Position numbers and translations under genes: made by a program. This document shows positions 1-16,171 of a stretch of 64,000 bases of DNA, piece by piece. Every line of letters begins with the position of its first letter. The first letter of the stretch is position 1. Source of the stretch: the human T2T-CHM13v2.0 reference genome, Homo sapiens; assembly GCF_009914755.1 (NCBI RefSeq), contig NC_060926.1. One strand, written 5' to 3'. The notes under the pieces were generated by a model. The model had not been told where the DNA came from and made no database searches. It saw only the letters and a list, made by a program, of their open reading frames with translations.

Positions 1-264
1 ACCTTTGACTCTTTTAGAATAGAGCCACAAAAAACTTTCAAGGTAGGGCTGCATTTTTGCAGGTATGGGACTGTTCCATGGCCCTAATCTTGTGTGTCAT
101 CTGGAGTCACGCAGAGAACAGGAGACTAATTGTTCTGTGTCCAGACTCCCTAAGCATCTCCAGGGTGAGACTGGGTCTTCTGTTTTTTAAAACTCCTTTC
201 AACAGCTAGGATGTTGTTCTGTCCATGTCTGTCGACTGACTCTTTCATCTTTTCCCCTGGGTAG

Positions 265-395
265 ATTAACTGCAACGGTTTTACTCTCAGTGATCAGAGA
301 GGCCTGCAGGCCGTGGGCGTAGGCATCTTCCCCAACCTGGGCCTGGTGAACCATGACTGTTGGCCCAACTGTACTGTCATATTTAACAATGGCAA
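265..395 (+). CDS. SMYD1: SMYD1 coding exon (exon 4), SET domain C-terminal part
   Basis: Acceptor gggtag| at 263-264 and donor |gtgag at 396. Translates [43 protein letters not shown], containing the SET NHxCxPN motif and matching human SMYD1 as I recall it. 131 nt, phase 0 to 2. Confidence 0.97.
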
Positions 396-815
396 GTGAG
401 TATGTCTTTATGTGGGGGTGTGTGTGAAGGGGATGGGGAGACCTATGGTGTTTTCTCCACTTGACTTAAGCCAAAGTCAACCTGCTAAACCTGAACTAGC
501 ATAAATTTTAAATGTATAGCACATAGAAATCTCATTCCAGAATAATTGTGAATGAGAGAAAGGCATCATGGAGGATATCAAAGAATTCAACCTGGGTCAT
601 TTCTGAATGTGTATGTTTCTTGGGGCTGCCTGGACAGGTTAGATAAACCTTTAACTACTATTTTAAAACTTGAAGCCTAGGATTATCTGTCTAGAGGTCA
701 TTTAGTCAAGGTCTCAGCAGGAATCAGGAGGCACACTCAAAAGGTTTTACCCAAATAGAATTGAATGAAGGGACAATTTACAGAAGTGTGGACAGGGTTT
801 AAGATACTAACAAGG

Positions 816-1161
816 GGCAGGGACTGGTGGCTCATGCCTGTAATCCCAGCTCTTTGGGAGCCCGAGGAGGGGGCGGATCACTTGAGGTCAGGAGTTTGAG
901 ATCAGCGTGGACAACACAGTGATACCCCCGTATCTATAAAAAATAAATAAATACATAAATAAATACATTAGCCGGGCATGGTGGTGTGTGCCTGCAGTCC
1001 CAGCTACTCATGAGGATGAGGCAGGAGGATCACTTGACCTCAGGAGGTTGAGGCTGCAGTGAACTATAATCATGCCACTGCACTCCAGCTTGGGTGACAA
1101 AGTGAGACCTTGTCTCTAAAACCAAACCAAACCAAACCAAACAAAATAATATAACAACAAA
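816..1161 (+). mobile_element. AluJ with (AAACC)n tail, inside an older LTR-like element (~700-1500)
   Basis: Alu dimer with J-type gaggatcacttga...gaggctgcagtga. TSD-like aagatactaacaagg (801-815) and aagaaactaacagg (1162-1175). Confidence 0.85.
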
Positions 1162-2769
1162 AAGAAACTAACAGGAATGGTGAGGTGCCCAGGGACTAGC
1201 AACACATGAAACCATCACCACCTCTAGGCCTGGAAGGGCAGGTGAAGGAAGCACTGTTTCTGCAGCTAGTGAGAGCTGGACCCGGGATAGAGGGCCCCCA
1301 ACAGCTCAGCTGTGGCTTATAACTGTGTCTAGAGAAACCAGCCAGCTGGCACCATGGCTCAGAAAAGAGGAAGCCAATGGACTAGATAGTCCAACCCCTC
1401 ATTCCCCCAACCTTCTGCTCTCCTACCATTGGCCAAACCCCAACCAGAAGCCAGACTGCAAAGAAACCTGGGTGACACAACCCTCAGAGGCCAGCCCCCT
1501 TTTCTGAGACAGCACAGATGAGGGGGGACATAAGGGCACATGATGGATTTGGGGGTGGGGTACAAATGGAGAAGAATCAGCAGATGGAATGAGCTCCTGG
1601 TGGTCCATGGCTCAGGATGGGGAGATGTAGGGGAATGAGGCCCGAGCAATATTAATTGCTTTTGCTCTTAGAGATGAGCTTTTATGACAGATACAAGCTG
1701 ACTTTGAGCCATCAACAATGAGCAAGTTTCCCCCAAAAACTTCCTAGAAGCTAGACAATGGTGTCTGGTTCTCAGCTGAGAATCGGGCCTAAGCTTCAAT
1801 ATGCCAAGTACCCTGATTTCTCTTTTCCTTCCTATTTCTGAAACCAGGCTCTTAAGTAATTGAGAAAGTCACTCAAGATGGGAAAGTTTATTTTGGACTC
1901 AGATGATAATCTTTTCTCAGCATTTGTGTTTCCTTTCTGAAGCCTTTTGGGGTCACTGGCCTGGATCTCATGGAATCCTCCCTAGAGGGGCTGTTGACTG
2001 AGCTTGACCTGGTTGGCAGAGAGGATCAAATTCAGCCATGTATGGGCCTGGGCCTTCTAGATGGCCCTCTTCTAAGTGGTGGTGACCCAAGGCTCCTCTT
2101 GTCATTGGGTGTAACAACCACAGGAATCTAGGAACTCTTTCTTCTGTGTCTGCTCTGGCTTCCTTGCATCTACTAATTTCTAGCAGCCACATTTTATCCA
2201 GGCTTCTTGGCTTTTGTGCAAGAGAAGGTGACTTTGCATTTCCTGTCTAGCCACCTGCCATAGTGGAAAGAACCCTAGACATGGGGTTAGGGGCCCAATT
2301 TGAACCCCAACAATTTTTACATACTATCTCTGTGACCTAACCAGACTCCATGTGCACTTCAAACTCTTTCCAAGACAGACATCCAAAGAGGCAATGTTTA
2401 TTCACCCAGGATGCTTAATAGAATGATAATAACAACATTGTGCATGTTTTTCCAGCACTCTGCTTTTAACTGTCTCATGACAGTCTCATTACAGGTGAGA
2501 ACACTGAAACACAGGGAAGGGAAGGAACTTGTTCAGGTCAGGGCTGAGTACCTTTGAATCCAGAATGTCTTGTTCCAAATTCAGTGCACTTTCCCTATAC
2601 TAGGCTGTGTCTTGTCCAGTGAGTCCAGCTAGAAGGGGCTAGGATAAAGGTTATTGTGATGGCCAAAGCTTTGATACTGTGACCCAGAATGCTGTACACC
2701 CTTGCACTGGATCACACCTGATCAGCCAATGATAATGATTTCCATATGGGTGTCTGTTTTGTCTTTCAG

Positions 2770-2808
2770 TCATGAGGCAGTGAAATCCATGTTTCATACC
2801 CAGATGAG
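2770..2808 (+). CDS. SMYD1: SMYD1 39-nt cassette exon (exon 5), 13-aa insertion
   Basis: tctttcag|TCATGAG...CAGATGAG|gtgggt. Encodes (N)HEAVKSMFHTQM(R). Symmetric phase 2-2, so skipping preserves the frame. Confidence 0.95.
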
Positions 2809-5800
2809 GTGGGTCAGTCCTTTCAAGCATCCCTGCTCCTCTGACCCATCTCCCTCACTTACCTGGTTTGCTGGGGCCACCCATTCCCGAGACTTCTTGG
2901 CTGCCATCTGTCCATAACGTCCTTCTGCATCCCAGTGTCTCATCTTTTTAATGCATTTAAATTAACCATTTTTTCCTTACCCACATATCACCTGCCTTGC
3001 CTTTGCTTTATTTTGCCTCCTTTCTTCCTCCCTTTCATGCCTCACTTCCACTGCTCTTCCAACCTTGAAGCATGAACCCTTGTAGTCCACATCGTCTTAG
3101 CAAAAGCCTATCTTGTCTCCCTAAACCCTGCTTACCATGAAATGGGGACTGTGACTGACCTACTAAAGGACTGTCTGTTTATAAGCCCCAACTTCTCACC
3201 CAGACTGGGCTCCAAAAAATAGCATCTATAACTGATATTTTTAATAAATATTTATTCCTAGTATTCCGCTTACTGCTTCTGACCAACTATGAATTAGTAG
3301 TTTAGGTTAAATTTTACTTTTCTTAATGACAACCAAATGGCCCCAGATGGGTCTTAGGGTGGGGTTGACAGCTCTTGAAATAGTCTTTGGATTAAGAACA
3401 AAATGCTGTGTGAGAGTTTGGGCTTTGGGAATGCTGGGGTAGAAGTGGTTGGTGCACTTGAGTCTGTGCTGGTGTGCACTGCACGTGAATTTGGATGATT
3501 CACATCATCTCTTGGACTTGGGTTCCACATCTGTAGAGAAAGGTCAAGAGGAGAGTGCTCTAGGGACCTTCCTAGTTCTAAGTCTCTGCAGCTCTGGGCT
3601 CTGTCCCTAACCTCTGTGAGAAATACTTAAATAGGCTGCCTACTTGTGGCTCAATTAGCTGAACTATGGAATTGCAGATTGTTTGAGGTAGAAGGGGTCT
3701 GGGGTCCAGAGTGGGGATGAAGCTTGTCCAAGAAAGCTGGTTGGAGGGAGAGCCAGGGCTAAAACCCTCATCTCCTGCCTCCTGCAGTGCTTATTTCAGG
3801 CTGGTCTCCATTCCCCTCCCCCAATCTCCAGTTTCAAGTAAGGTAAAATCAGGCATACATATATGCATCTTTTCATATTTAAGTGACATTAAGTTAATTT
3901 GGTTTTGAAAAATTTCTAATACCATTGAAATAATCAGACACCCTGAGACCGTGCAAGAATTGGCACAATCATGATGGGAAGTAAAATTACTGGAAATTCC
4001 AGCCCAATTGGCCACTGATTCACTGTTGCATTAGAATATGTCACTATGGTGGGCTGCCTCTGTAAAAGGGACTCGTGGGGGCAGAATTGGTTACTTACCC
4101 AACAGAGTTAAACACCAGAGATCCACACTCTATCCTGGCCCAGGAGTTTCTCACACAGAATTATTAAGGACATTAGTAGAGTCCTAAAAATCAAGGGCTT
4201 TGATGCATCTTAATTCCCATGCATTGAAGACCCAGGAAGCAGCCTGAAAGCAACCAGGCAAGGCTACTATGTTGAGGACAATTGTGAATGGTATGAAGTA
4301 CCATTCATGATGGTATGAAGTTCCAATCCTGGCTCTGTCCCGAAAGTGTTGTGGGACCTATCCCTCTTGTGTCACTATCCTCATTTGTGAAATGAGTGTC
4401 CCTGCAGCTCAGACATAGGATTCTAAGCAGAACTGTGAGCAGAATCACCCGGCCTTCCTCTCCTACTGGCCATTCATCACTATAGTAACCGCTGCTGCTG
4501 AAAATTGGGGTAAGGAACAAAGGAAAGGAGGGACAAATGGTGAGCAGGCACTTCAGTTTTGCAGGCTCCACAGGAGTTGTTTTTATACATATTATCACAT
4601 TAATAGGCATGTCAGTGTATCTCACTTTGGGAGAAGGATTTTTATCCATAAGTGGTCACCTCAGATGCCTGGATATGAACGTCACTACCATTCAGCAGTT
4701 GCTCCCTTGACTGTCACCTCAGACCACAGGGAAGGGGCTGCCTTTGACTGGGACTCTTCTCAGGTGCTGGAGTCTTGCCCTTGCTTTTGCATGCTGTCCA
4801 ACTGAGCCTTTCTGGAAGGTAAAAGAAGTGACCACGGATCTCTGTGCAGATGCTCTCCCCAGCCCTCTGCATCCTGCCACTTCCTCTCTGGATGATGGCT
4901 TCCTACTAGGCAGGGAGGTCCCAGGATTCTGGGGAGATACAGGAGCATGGTTTAGGACCCAGCTTGCAGGGCCCACCACTTGTTTTCTGTAGCTGTCTGG
5001 CCTTGTGGTGGAGGATGCATGGCTGAGAGGTCCACGGACTGACCTCCACCTGTTTGGCTCAGCTGGATGTCAGTTCTGCAGTGGGTTTTTACCTTCAACA
5101 TCTTCAGTACCTATCACATTAGGTAAGGTGGGTAGTGCTGTAGCTAATTGAGGGTCAGGTCTAGGCTGGAAGGGAACTGAAATGCCATCTGCCCTTGCTA
5201 ACTACCTTCAACCAGTAAGCCACATCTCCCAATAAACACCAAAGTGAACAATGCAGTAAGCTAACAGAGCCAGCCTTTGTTTATTTGCCTTCAGTGATCT
5301 CCAGTGGGCTAAGTCTCCTTAGGTAATTTGGCCTGAACCATTGGACTGAAGGTTAAGAGGTGACTTCAAGTTAGACACAGAATGGGCCAAGGTTGTGGGT
5401 AACCGAATGTGTATGTTTCTGAGAGAGTAGTCCCCAAACTAACCAGAAAATATTTTTAGGTTTTTTCTTGTTTGGAGTTTTTGCCTTATTATTTCTCCCT
5501 TCCTTTGTTACAGACAATCAGTAGCTAAAAAGTAAAAGGAGGCTTACGGGCATGGACGTTCTGTCTGGTTTTATGACCAAGCCCAGCTCTCTACTAGGAG
5601 TCTATTTGAGCTGATTCCACAGTAGTTAACTGAATGGAATGGATCAGACGGTTCTAAGGAATAGAGTAGAATTACCCAGAAAATCATCCTTTAGGTCACA
5701 TTTCTCCTTTTGTGGGGTCAATGGGAGTTTCTGAGTGTCAGTGAAAGTCATTGTCTTTGAGACCCAACTCCATGAAGCCTTGGAGAGCACGGATCCCATT

Positions 5801-5847
5801 CCAGTAGGCCTGGATTCGATTCACCTTTTCCTTTCACCCTGCTTCAG

Positions 5848-6037
5848 AATTGAGCTCCGGGCCCTAGGCAAGATCTCAGAAGGAGAGGAGCTGACTGTGT
5901 CCTATATTGACTTCCTCAACGTTAGTGAAGAACGCAAGAGGCAGCTGAAGAAGCAGTACTACTTTGACTGCACATGTGAACACTGCCAGAAAAAACTGAA
6001 GGATGACCTCTTCCTGGGGGTGAAAGACAACCCCAAG
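5848..6037 (+). CDS. SMYD1: SMYD1 exon 6 (end of SET domain and post-SET cysteine cluster)
   Basis: cttcag|AATTGAG...CCCAAG|gtacac. IELRALGKISEGEELTVSYIDFLNVSEERKRQLKKQYYFDCTCEHCQKKLKDDLFLGVKDNPK, with the GEELxxxY and CxCxxC motifs. Confidence 0.97.
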
Positions 6038-6841
6038 GTACACACAGCCCTGCTGCTGAGGTGTTTGTGTCTGTCTTCTCCGGGAGCCAGTCACAGGTGG
6101 TTTCACAGCTAATCCGTGTGCCCTGCCCATGAGCTTCCTAGGGAGCAACTGTCACCCTGGGGAGGAGGCAGGGCATGAGAGCAGAGCACCGCAGGTAGGT
6201 CCCAGCTAGGTCCTGGCACTGCCACTTGCCAGGTGTTTGAGTTTGGGGAAGTCACCCAGTTTTCTCAACAGTAAAATAGGAATGATGGCCCCACTGCAAG
6301 AGGTTGTTATAAAGATTAAAGGAGATGACGTGTGTAAAAGGAGTGGCATACGGAGTAGACACTGGAAATTTTGGTTCCTCCTCTTACTCCTTTATGAGTT
6401 GAGTGATGTTGAGAATTTAAGGTGTTCAAATCAGATGGGCAAAGAGATTTATCATCTGGTTATCAAAAAGATATTCCTAGTCCCATGGGGATGGGCAGTG
6501 TGGAGACAGGGCTAGGTTTAGATTGGTCAACATCCTGAACTCCTGGGTAGCTGTTGCCAGTTGATGGTGAGTCTGTTGAGCAGCAGAGGAAGGCTTGCTG
6601 AGGGGAGGTCAGGAACCCAGCTGAGCTGGGAGAGAGAGCTGAGCCGCCAGGTGTCAGAGTAGCCAGTTAAAGCAACAGAGCAGAAATGAGAGTGAAGTAT
6701 TTAATCACTTACTGCAATGGTGTAAGCAAGAAGCTAAAACCGAAGAAAGCACTGACTCCTCTTGTCCATTTCCTCCAGTGAAGCTGTGCTCAGGGGGAGG
6801 ATGAGGGGGATCAGCACAGGCATGGAGGCGTCTCACATGAC

Positions 6842-7023
6842 ATTCTCTTTTATAAGGACGCTAGTCCTATTGGGTTAGGAGCCCACTCTACTCCAGTATG
6901 ATCTCACCTTAACTAATTACATCTGCAATGACCCTATTGCCAAGTAAGATTTCATTTTGAGGTAGCTTCTGGGGCTAGACTTCAACATATGAATTTTGGG
7001 AGGATACAATTTAACCCCTAACA
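6842..7023 (-). mobile_element. MLT1 (MaLR) LTR fragment
   Basis: tataaggac...taattacatctgcaatgaccctatt...ttcaacatatgaattttggg...aacccctaaca is the typical MLT1 terminus. Confidence 0.75.
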
Positions 7024-8303
7024 CTGTGTGTGCTACCATTTATGAACATTAAAAGGCACACACACACACACACACATGCACACCCATGTGCATGCAAGCA
7101 TACTCGGTTTCCATACAGACAGAAGTAGGAGGACCAGCGATGCCTGGGGTGAAGAGATTGACAGTCACCCCTCCCAGGCAGAGACAAAGCAGTTGGGGTC
7201 CAAGGATTTATGTTTTCTATAGGAACAACCTCTTTTCAGAGAATCAAAGGTGTGTATTCTAGGACATGTATATTGGATGCATGTGAGAGGCACTGAGCAC
7301 TGCATCATGGGCGCTACAGAAAAGAATTTGTTATTGCACTCACCCTCACCCCGACCTTTCAGAACCTGCGGATAACATGTCTTATCTGTGAGCCAGTCAG
7401 CCTTCCCTCCTGGAGACTGGCCCTGAGTATTTGTTTCATAACTTGCTTCCACACTGCTTAATTTATTTATTTTTATTAAGAGGCCAGACCCTCTTTTCTC
7501 TATTCTAAAATAAAACAACCATGCGATCATTTCTTTAGATTTTTTGATGTTTACCTGGCAGTTTCAATAGTTCAGTAGGCTATGTGTGGCCTTTAGTTCC
7601 CATCCCTTCACTTTAGATATGCTGTTACCAGCTGGTGACAATACACACACATCTCCAGTATGAATTGCAGAGTTGGCATTTCTCTTGATATAAAAGATTG
7701 ATGATTTCTGCTTGAACCTACCTGAATTCAAGGCAAAAGCTTTCTATTATATTTTATATCAAATTGAGTTTCTCTATCAAAACAACTCAAAAATAACTCA
7801 CCTATACTAACTGAGCAGAAAAAAATTGAGTATATCTTTTTAAAAGCAAATGCTTCTTCAGGCATTAAAAAAAGGCCATCATAATGTAGTAGGAAGAATA
7901 CTGGAAGAAGAATTATGAGGCCTGTGTACTAGTACTGGCTATGACTCTAAACATCTGAGCTTGGCCAAGTCTCTTCCTTCTGGGCCTCAGTTTCCTCATC
8001 TGTAAAATGGGGAGTTGGACTAACTTATTAACCATTTCCTCAAGCTGGACTATCTACAATGTCATCACAATCATTTCCTTTCTTTTCCCTATAATGCTGT
8101 ACCCCACCCTGATAAGCCTCCATCAGTACACCAGCCTCAAACCTTCAATTGCCATCAAAATCTTTCCTAGCTCCTTAATATATGCGTATGTAAACCTATG
8201 TAGAAATAAAAACCAAATATTTTTAAAACGGGAAAATAATAGCAAAACTTATGACATTTTTCCTCAGTTGTGTCTCTGGACTGTCTTTGTTTAGGCTGCT
8301 TAG

Positions 8304-8638
<335 letters not shown>

Positions 8639-8695
8639 GGTTTTTCCCTTTCTCTCTCCAGCCTTTACCCATGGTTTTCAAATAGGAATGTGCCA

Positions 8696-9325
<630 letters not shown>

Positions 9326-10837
9326 CCTTGTTTTCTGTAGAATTTGATGCTCCTGGTGACAGCGGCCTTTCACAGCGGGGGTTCCTTAAATCCTGTCTGC
9401 AAATCAGAGTGTTCCTGCCTTTTCTCTGAAGAGTGGAGCCAAGTGGAACAGCCCCGTTTCCTTTCTCAGAGTAGATTTATCACATGTTGCACTTATTAAT
9501 TAACAACCTTTCTGCCAGGTTGTTTTGGGGAATCTTGTAAGTTGCCTCTTTAAAAAAAATTGACTCACTTCCAGAGCTTCAAGTGACACTCCCTTACATC
9601 ATCAAATTGAGCAAGACTTTGATGAACACTTAACCAGTTAGTATTCTCTTAATCTATCCTACAAGCTTCTGATTACTCCAGAAGATTCACTAAGAATTTT
9701 GAGATTTAAAGATAATAGAATTTACAGTAGATTAGATATTAGGGGTCATACACTATACATGATTTTGTGAGTCATTACTTGGGCAATAAGCTACGGCTAT
9801 AACTAGAAATGTAGGTTTGACAGATTGATGGCACACCTCTGGTCCACCAGTCACAGAACTCTGCACAACCAGGCAAGACATGGGCTTAATTCCAATAGGC
9901 TTAGGAAAGCAGTCACACACTGAAATGACTTCTTTGGAACAAAGACATGATTTGAGTTCACAGAGGGCTGAACAGCATTCCGGGGCACAAGGCAGCAGCT
10001 GGTAGCAGGCAGGAGGGCAGCCAAAGCCAGAAATCTCAGCCAAATCAAAGGTCAAGGCAAAAGTTAAGCTAGGAGTGAGACCTGCAAGTAGAAGCTAGCG
10101 CACTGATGGGTGCATCCATTGTCAGAGTCAGGCCATGGAACAAATACAGGTAGACACATAGAATAACTAACTCCCGGGAGGCCCAGATACAGAAGGATAT
10201 GGAAACAAGGATAGCCAAAATTATAGGGATAGCCAAGAGCTACACAAAAGCCAAAGTAGGTGAGGTGGGCAGAAGAACAAATATAGTACCCCTTTCCTTA
10301 GGAGAGCCTGACCCTGAAGCAAGGTGTCCTGGCCAGAGGACTCTCATACTGCGAGATGAAAACCCATGGCAGAACTGGTCCAGGACAGCTGGAAGAAGGA
10401 GGGAAGATGGTCTACAGAGGGGGATACATTTTCATTGGAACAAAAGCCCATTCTCTTGTTACTTTTTGGTAGTTTACTGAGGGTGGCTTCACAAAACAAT
10501 GTAAACCGCAAATCGAAAGGAAGCTGTTGAGTCTAACTCTTCAGAGTGAAAAAATTGGACAACCAGAGAACTGGTTAAATAAGTTATCCTAGCTTCATAT
10601 AGCGGAAAACTTTACATTTATTAAAATGATGATATAGATAGTTTTATATTGATATGGGAAAATGTCTACAATATACTGAGTGAAAAAATGCTATAGACAG
10701 ATATATGGTATAATTCCAGTTAGAAAAAATAGTCAATCCTATAGGCACATACACACACATATGCATGTGTGTGCACACGTAGGACTGAAATTCAGCCAGT
10801 GCTTACTGGTAAAGTCATTTAGACATATCCATTGTTT

Positions 10838-11225
<388 letters not shown>

Positions 11226-12310
11226 TAAGTATTTTAAATATTATTTCTGTATGCATGCATAGGAAAATGTTCCCCCAGATACTAACTGTAGTCATTAGGT
11301 GGGTTCTAGGGATTTCTTTTTTTTTTAACCATACTTTTTAATATTGTTTTAATTTTCACAACTTGCATATGTCAATTTTACAGTCAGAATAAATAATAAA
11401 GTTATTTTCATTTTGGAAGAAAGTTATAAAAGATTTGCTTAAGCAAAAAAAAAATGTTTCAGAAAAGGACTTCTGATAGGAATAAGCATAGCATGTAAAC
11501 TTCTTGTTTGGACTTTGAGAAATTTGGCTCTTTTTCTTCAAAATTATTATGTCCCTGTGGGAACTGCCTTCTTAATTTTGGCACTTCCTTGCCTCAAATA
11601 TCAAAACCTTGTTTTGTTTTGTTTTTTTTGGTAAGATCACTAGGCTGCTTAGGCAAATGTAATAATCCTAATGAGTCTAGATTTCACAGGAACAGCTGAC
11701 AGATATTCTCCTGTTATCCTTTTGGTCAAGACAAGGAAATACAGGCTGGATGCTAAGACATTTGGAAGAGTTTGAATAATTATAATCACAAGGAGCCTCC
11801 TTAATGAACTCGAAGACAAATTGGAGTATGATTTTTGGGTCAAGTCCCTGGGCTCTGTCTTCAGCCCTGTGCTGGCTGGTATTTAAATCAATGACTTGGA
11901 TGAAAACAAAAATGTAAGGATGTACCTGTGGAATATGTGGTTGACTTGAAACAAAGAGGGAGAGCAGCAAATATTTTGGGTGATAGAATCCAAAATGCCA
12001 GAGAAAACACAATAGGGATCAATGTCAGGTTCTGCCCTGGGGTTCAAAGGGCCAGGAATTTGCACAGGCTGGGATGATTGGCTGACAGCAAGGGTCTGGG
12101 ACTTGGCTTAATAGAAAACACAAGTCAGAAATATGATGAGGGAACTGGAATAGCTACAGGATCTTGGGTAGCATTTACAGGAATGAGGCATTCAGAATGA
12201 GGAAGACATTAACCTTGTGCTACATTGAATGTCAAAGATGGCAACTATTCAAAGGTGGAATGGGTTGCCTCATGAAGGCATCTCTAGCTCAATGTGTCTC
12301 TCTTTCCCAG

Positions 12311-12403
12311 CCCTCTCAGGAAGTGGTGAAGGAGATGATACAATTCTCCAAGGATACATTGGAAAAGATAGACAAGGCTCGTTCCGAGGGTTTGTATCAT
12401 GAG
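12311..12403 (+). CDS. SMYD1: SMYD1 exon 7
   Basis: tttcccag|CCCTCT...CATGAG|gtaaga. PSQEVVKEMIQFSKDTLEKIDKARSEGLYHE, 93 nt, phase 0-0. Confidence 0.96.
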
Positions 12404-12825
12404 GTAAGAATTCACTTGTTATAGAGGATGGGGGTAGAAAGGAGGGTGGAAACATTCTCCAGTAAGGGAGGGAAGTGGCGTGAGAACGGGCGGCGGGGGA
12501 GGGGGGCTACCAAGCAGGTTATTTTTCTAGAAGATGTCCCTTGGTTGAGATCATGACTCTTCTTGTCCGTAAATCTTTAGCATCTCTTAGGGGTGCGTTC
12601 TCAGTGACTGTTTAACCCAATGAAACTGGGTCTGAGGGGAGCAAATGCAGCCAGACACTTGTCCCTGGGGGATCTGTGATAGCTAAACCTGGTATCGGAG
12701 ATGGGGGAATGCAAATGCCAGTGGACATACTGGGAGTGAGTTGCTTGTTTTCCCATAATTGAATGCATGTGCCAGCTACAGTTTTCAGTCTCTCCCAAAT
12801 GAGCATTCAACCTTGGCTCTTGAAG

Positions 12826-12996
12826 CACCAGGGATTCTCAGCTGGCTCTACACTAGAATCACCTTTGAAAAATTTTGATGCTCAGGCCCCCACTCAGGAC
12901 AATTTCACCAGAATCTCTGGCCATGGGACCCTGATATCAAGATTTTTAAAGCTCTTGGGTGATTTCAATGTGTAACCAAAGCCGAGACCCACTGCC
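12826..12996. mobile_element. MER5A-like hAT-Charlie MITE
   Basis: ctagaatcacct...cagaatctctgg...ttttaaagctc..ggtgatt..aatgtg...ccactg. Similar remnants at ~14265-14400 and ~55460-55610. Confidence 0.6.
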
Positions 12997-13084
12997 AAAC
13001 ACTGGCCTGCGGGGTATTTGCATTGAATTAACCTGGGCAGCTTATTGGAAATACTGATTTCCATTCTCATACTCTAAGATGTGA

Positions 13085-13518
<434 letters not shown>

Positions 13519-14664
13519 TCATTTCTATTTCTATTTCCCTTCTCCTCTTCCTCCTTCTTTACTAACTCATTTATTGCACATTTCTAAACCCTTACTGGGG
13601 TGGCCAACACAAGACACTCTCCTTGCCTGGAAGGAGTTCTGTCAGGTGGGTAGACAGTCACACACACAAAGTGTTATTGTACAACATGGAAAATCTGTCA
13701 GAGGCACGAGGTGGGAGCTGGAGTGAGCAGGAGGGCCCCACTGGCTCCATTGCCCTGGGTTCTCTCCTGTTCGTTTCTTCTCCTTCTCCATTCAGACTTG
13801 GCAGGGCTAGGTGTGGCTCTGGACACTGCCTCCATAGGTTTAAGAGGATTGTTTTCAGGATGAATTGATTGCCACCATCATTTTTCCACTCCCCGCCACC
13901 TCGGGGTGGCCCCCACCACCTCGGGTTGCCTCATGAACTCTGGGAAAGTCTCAGAGCAAAATTAGTTCTCACTGATTTCAAATGGAATTGTATGACATTT
14001 CTCCCATGAGAGCAGCAAAGGAAGGAGAGGAGAACAACAAACACCTAAAATCTAGAGACCACTAGACTTTGTAGGGTAGGGCCTAATCCTATGTCTGTAC
14101 AAGAGTCAGTCAGAAAAGCCTGACTCCAGGACGATTGCGGTCAGGTCCATCTTTTTCCTCACCAGGGCCAAGGCTGCATCCTTCTGGGGATGTTTCCCAG
14201 CTTCCTGGGAGCCTCCTTCTCTGCTCATCCATCTTGAACACTTCAGTAGGACATAATTATTCAAACTCACTGAGCCTCAGAACCACCCAGGGGCTTATAC
14301 AAACTACACATCCAGGGTTTCTCTCCCAGATATTTGGTTTCAATTGGTCTGGGGTAGGACTTGAACTTCAGTGTTTTAAAAAAGCTTTCAGATGTTTCCA
14401 AAGCACAGTGAGTGGAGAATCACAGGAATGGTGGTGAAGCTGCGGCTCAACTGCTTGGTTTCAGTGCTTGATCCATTGCTCACCATCTGTGTGACTTTGG
14501 CAAAGTATTTACCCTCTCTGTGCTTCAGTTTTCTCATCTCGTAAAATGGGATTATTAGTAGTACTCATCTCAATGTGTTCTTATAAGATATATAAATATA
14601 TTTGTATATGTATATATGCGCATGCATATATACACACACACACACACACACATATCGATATCTT

Positions 14665-15322
<658 letters not shown>

Positions 15323-15577
15323 CTACCTATTGATTTTGGAAACTCCTCGCTGTGCTGCATCTGCCATGTCTCACACCATTACCCTTCCCATTCTTACACC
15401 TTAGCCAACAGGACCACTTTGCAATTCATACCCCAAACCTGTGCTTTCCCACCTCTGTCAGCAATTGCCCCAGTCTTAAAAAGAATGATTGTCTGGTATC
15501 ACCATGATGGTCGCGTATGTGAATTAAACGTGTGCTCTGGTGCAATGGTAATGGGCAGGGCCTCTGTCTCACTCTAG

Positions 15578-15741
15578 GTTGTGAAATTATGCCGGGAGTG
15601 CCTGGAGAAGCAGGAGCCAGTGTTTGCTGACACCAACATCTACATGCTGCGGATGCTGAGCATTGTTTCGGAGGTCCTTTCCTACCTCCAGGCCTTTGAG
15701 GAGGCCTCGTTCTATGCCAGGAGGATGGTGGACGGCTATAT
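15578..15741 (+). CDS. SMYD1: SMYD1 exon 8 (TPR-like C-terminal domain)
   Basis: actctag|GTTGTG...GGCTATAT|gtaggt. VVKLCRECLEKQEPVFADTNIYMLRMLSIVSEVLSYLQAFEEASFYARRMVDGY(M), 164 nt, phase 0 to 2. Confidence 0.96.
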
Positions 15742-16171
15742 GTAGGTGACGATTCTAGGTCTCAGATAGTCTCCTGGAAGTGTGTGTATTCCAGGGATGG
15801 CAAATAGATGGCACATTTACTGGTGCCTCTCCCTCCTATACCCACAGCAGGCGTCAGTAATCCATCATGGTTCTCTTTTTGACTGAGTCTTTTTATCATG
15901 GTGCTCCAGTGTTAATGACCAATCAGAGTTTGTGCTTGAGATGAAACCTATTTGTCATCCCTGGTCTTTCCCAAATTCTCCAGCACATCTATCACTTGGG
16001 TGGCATCTTCTGCTTTTGACTTCCTTCAGGCTAACCCCAGCTTGATTTTAAGTGATTGGACCCTGCCCTCCACCCTGTAATCAACACAGGCAAGTCTAGG
16101 AGCTTTTATTTATTTATTTATTTATTTTTAAAAGAGCCATCAATCACTTTGCTTAAAAATTGTAAAATTCT

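Noticed and set aside
13893-13930. Short direct and inverted repeat gccacctcggggtggc...ccacctcggg as a CTCF site or hairpin
   Set aside because: Poor match to the CTCF consensus and too short to distinguish from chance.
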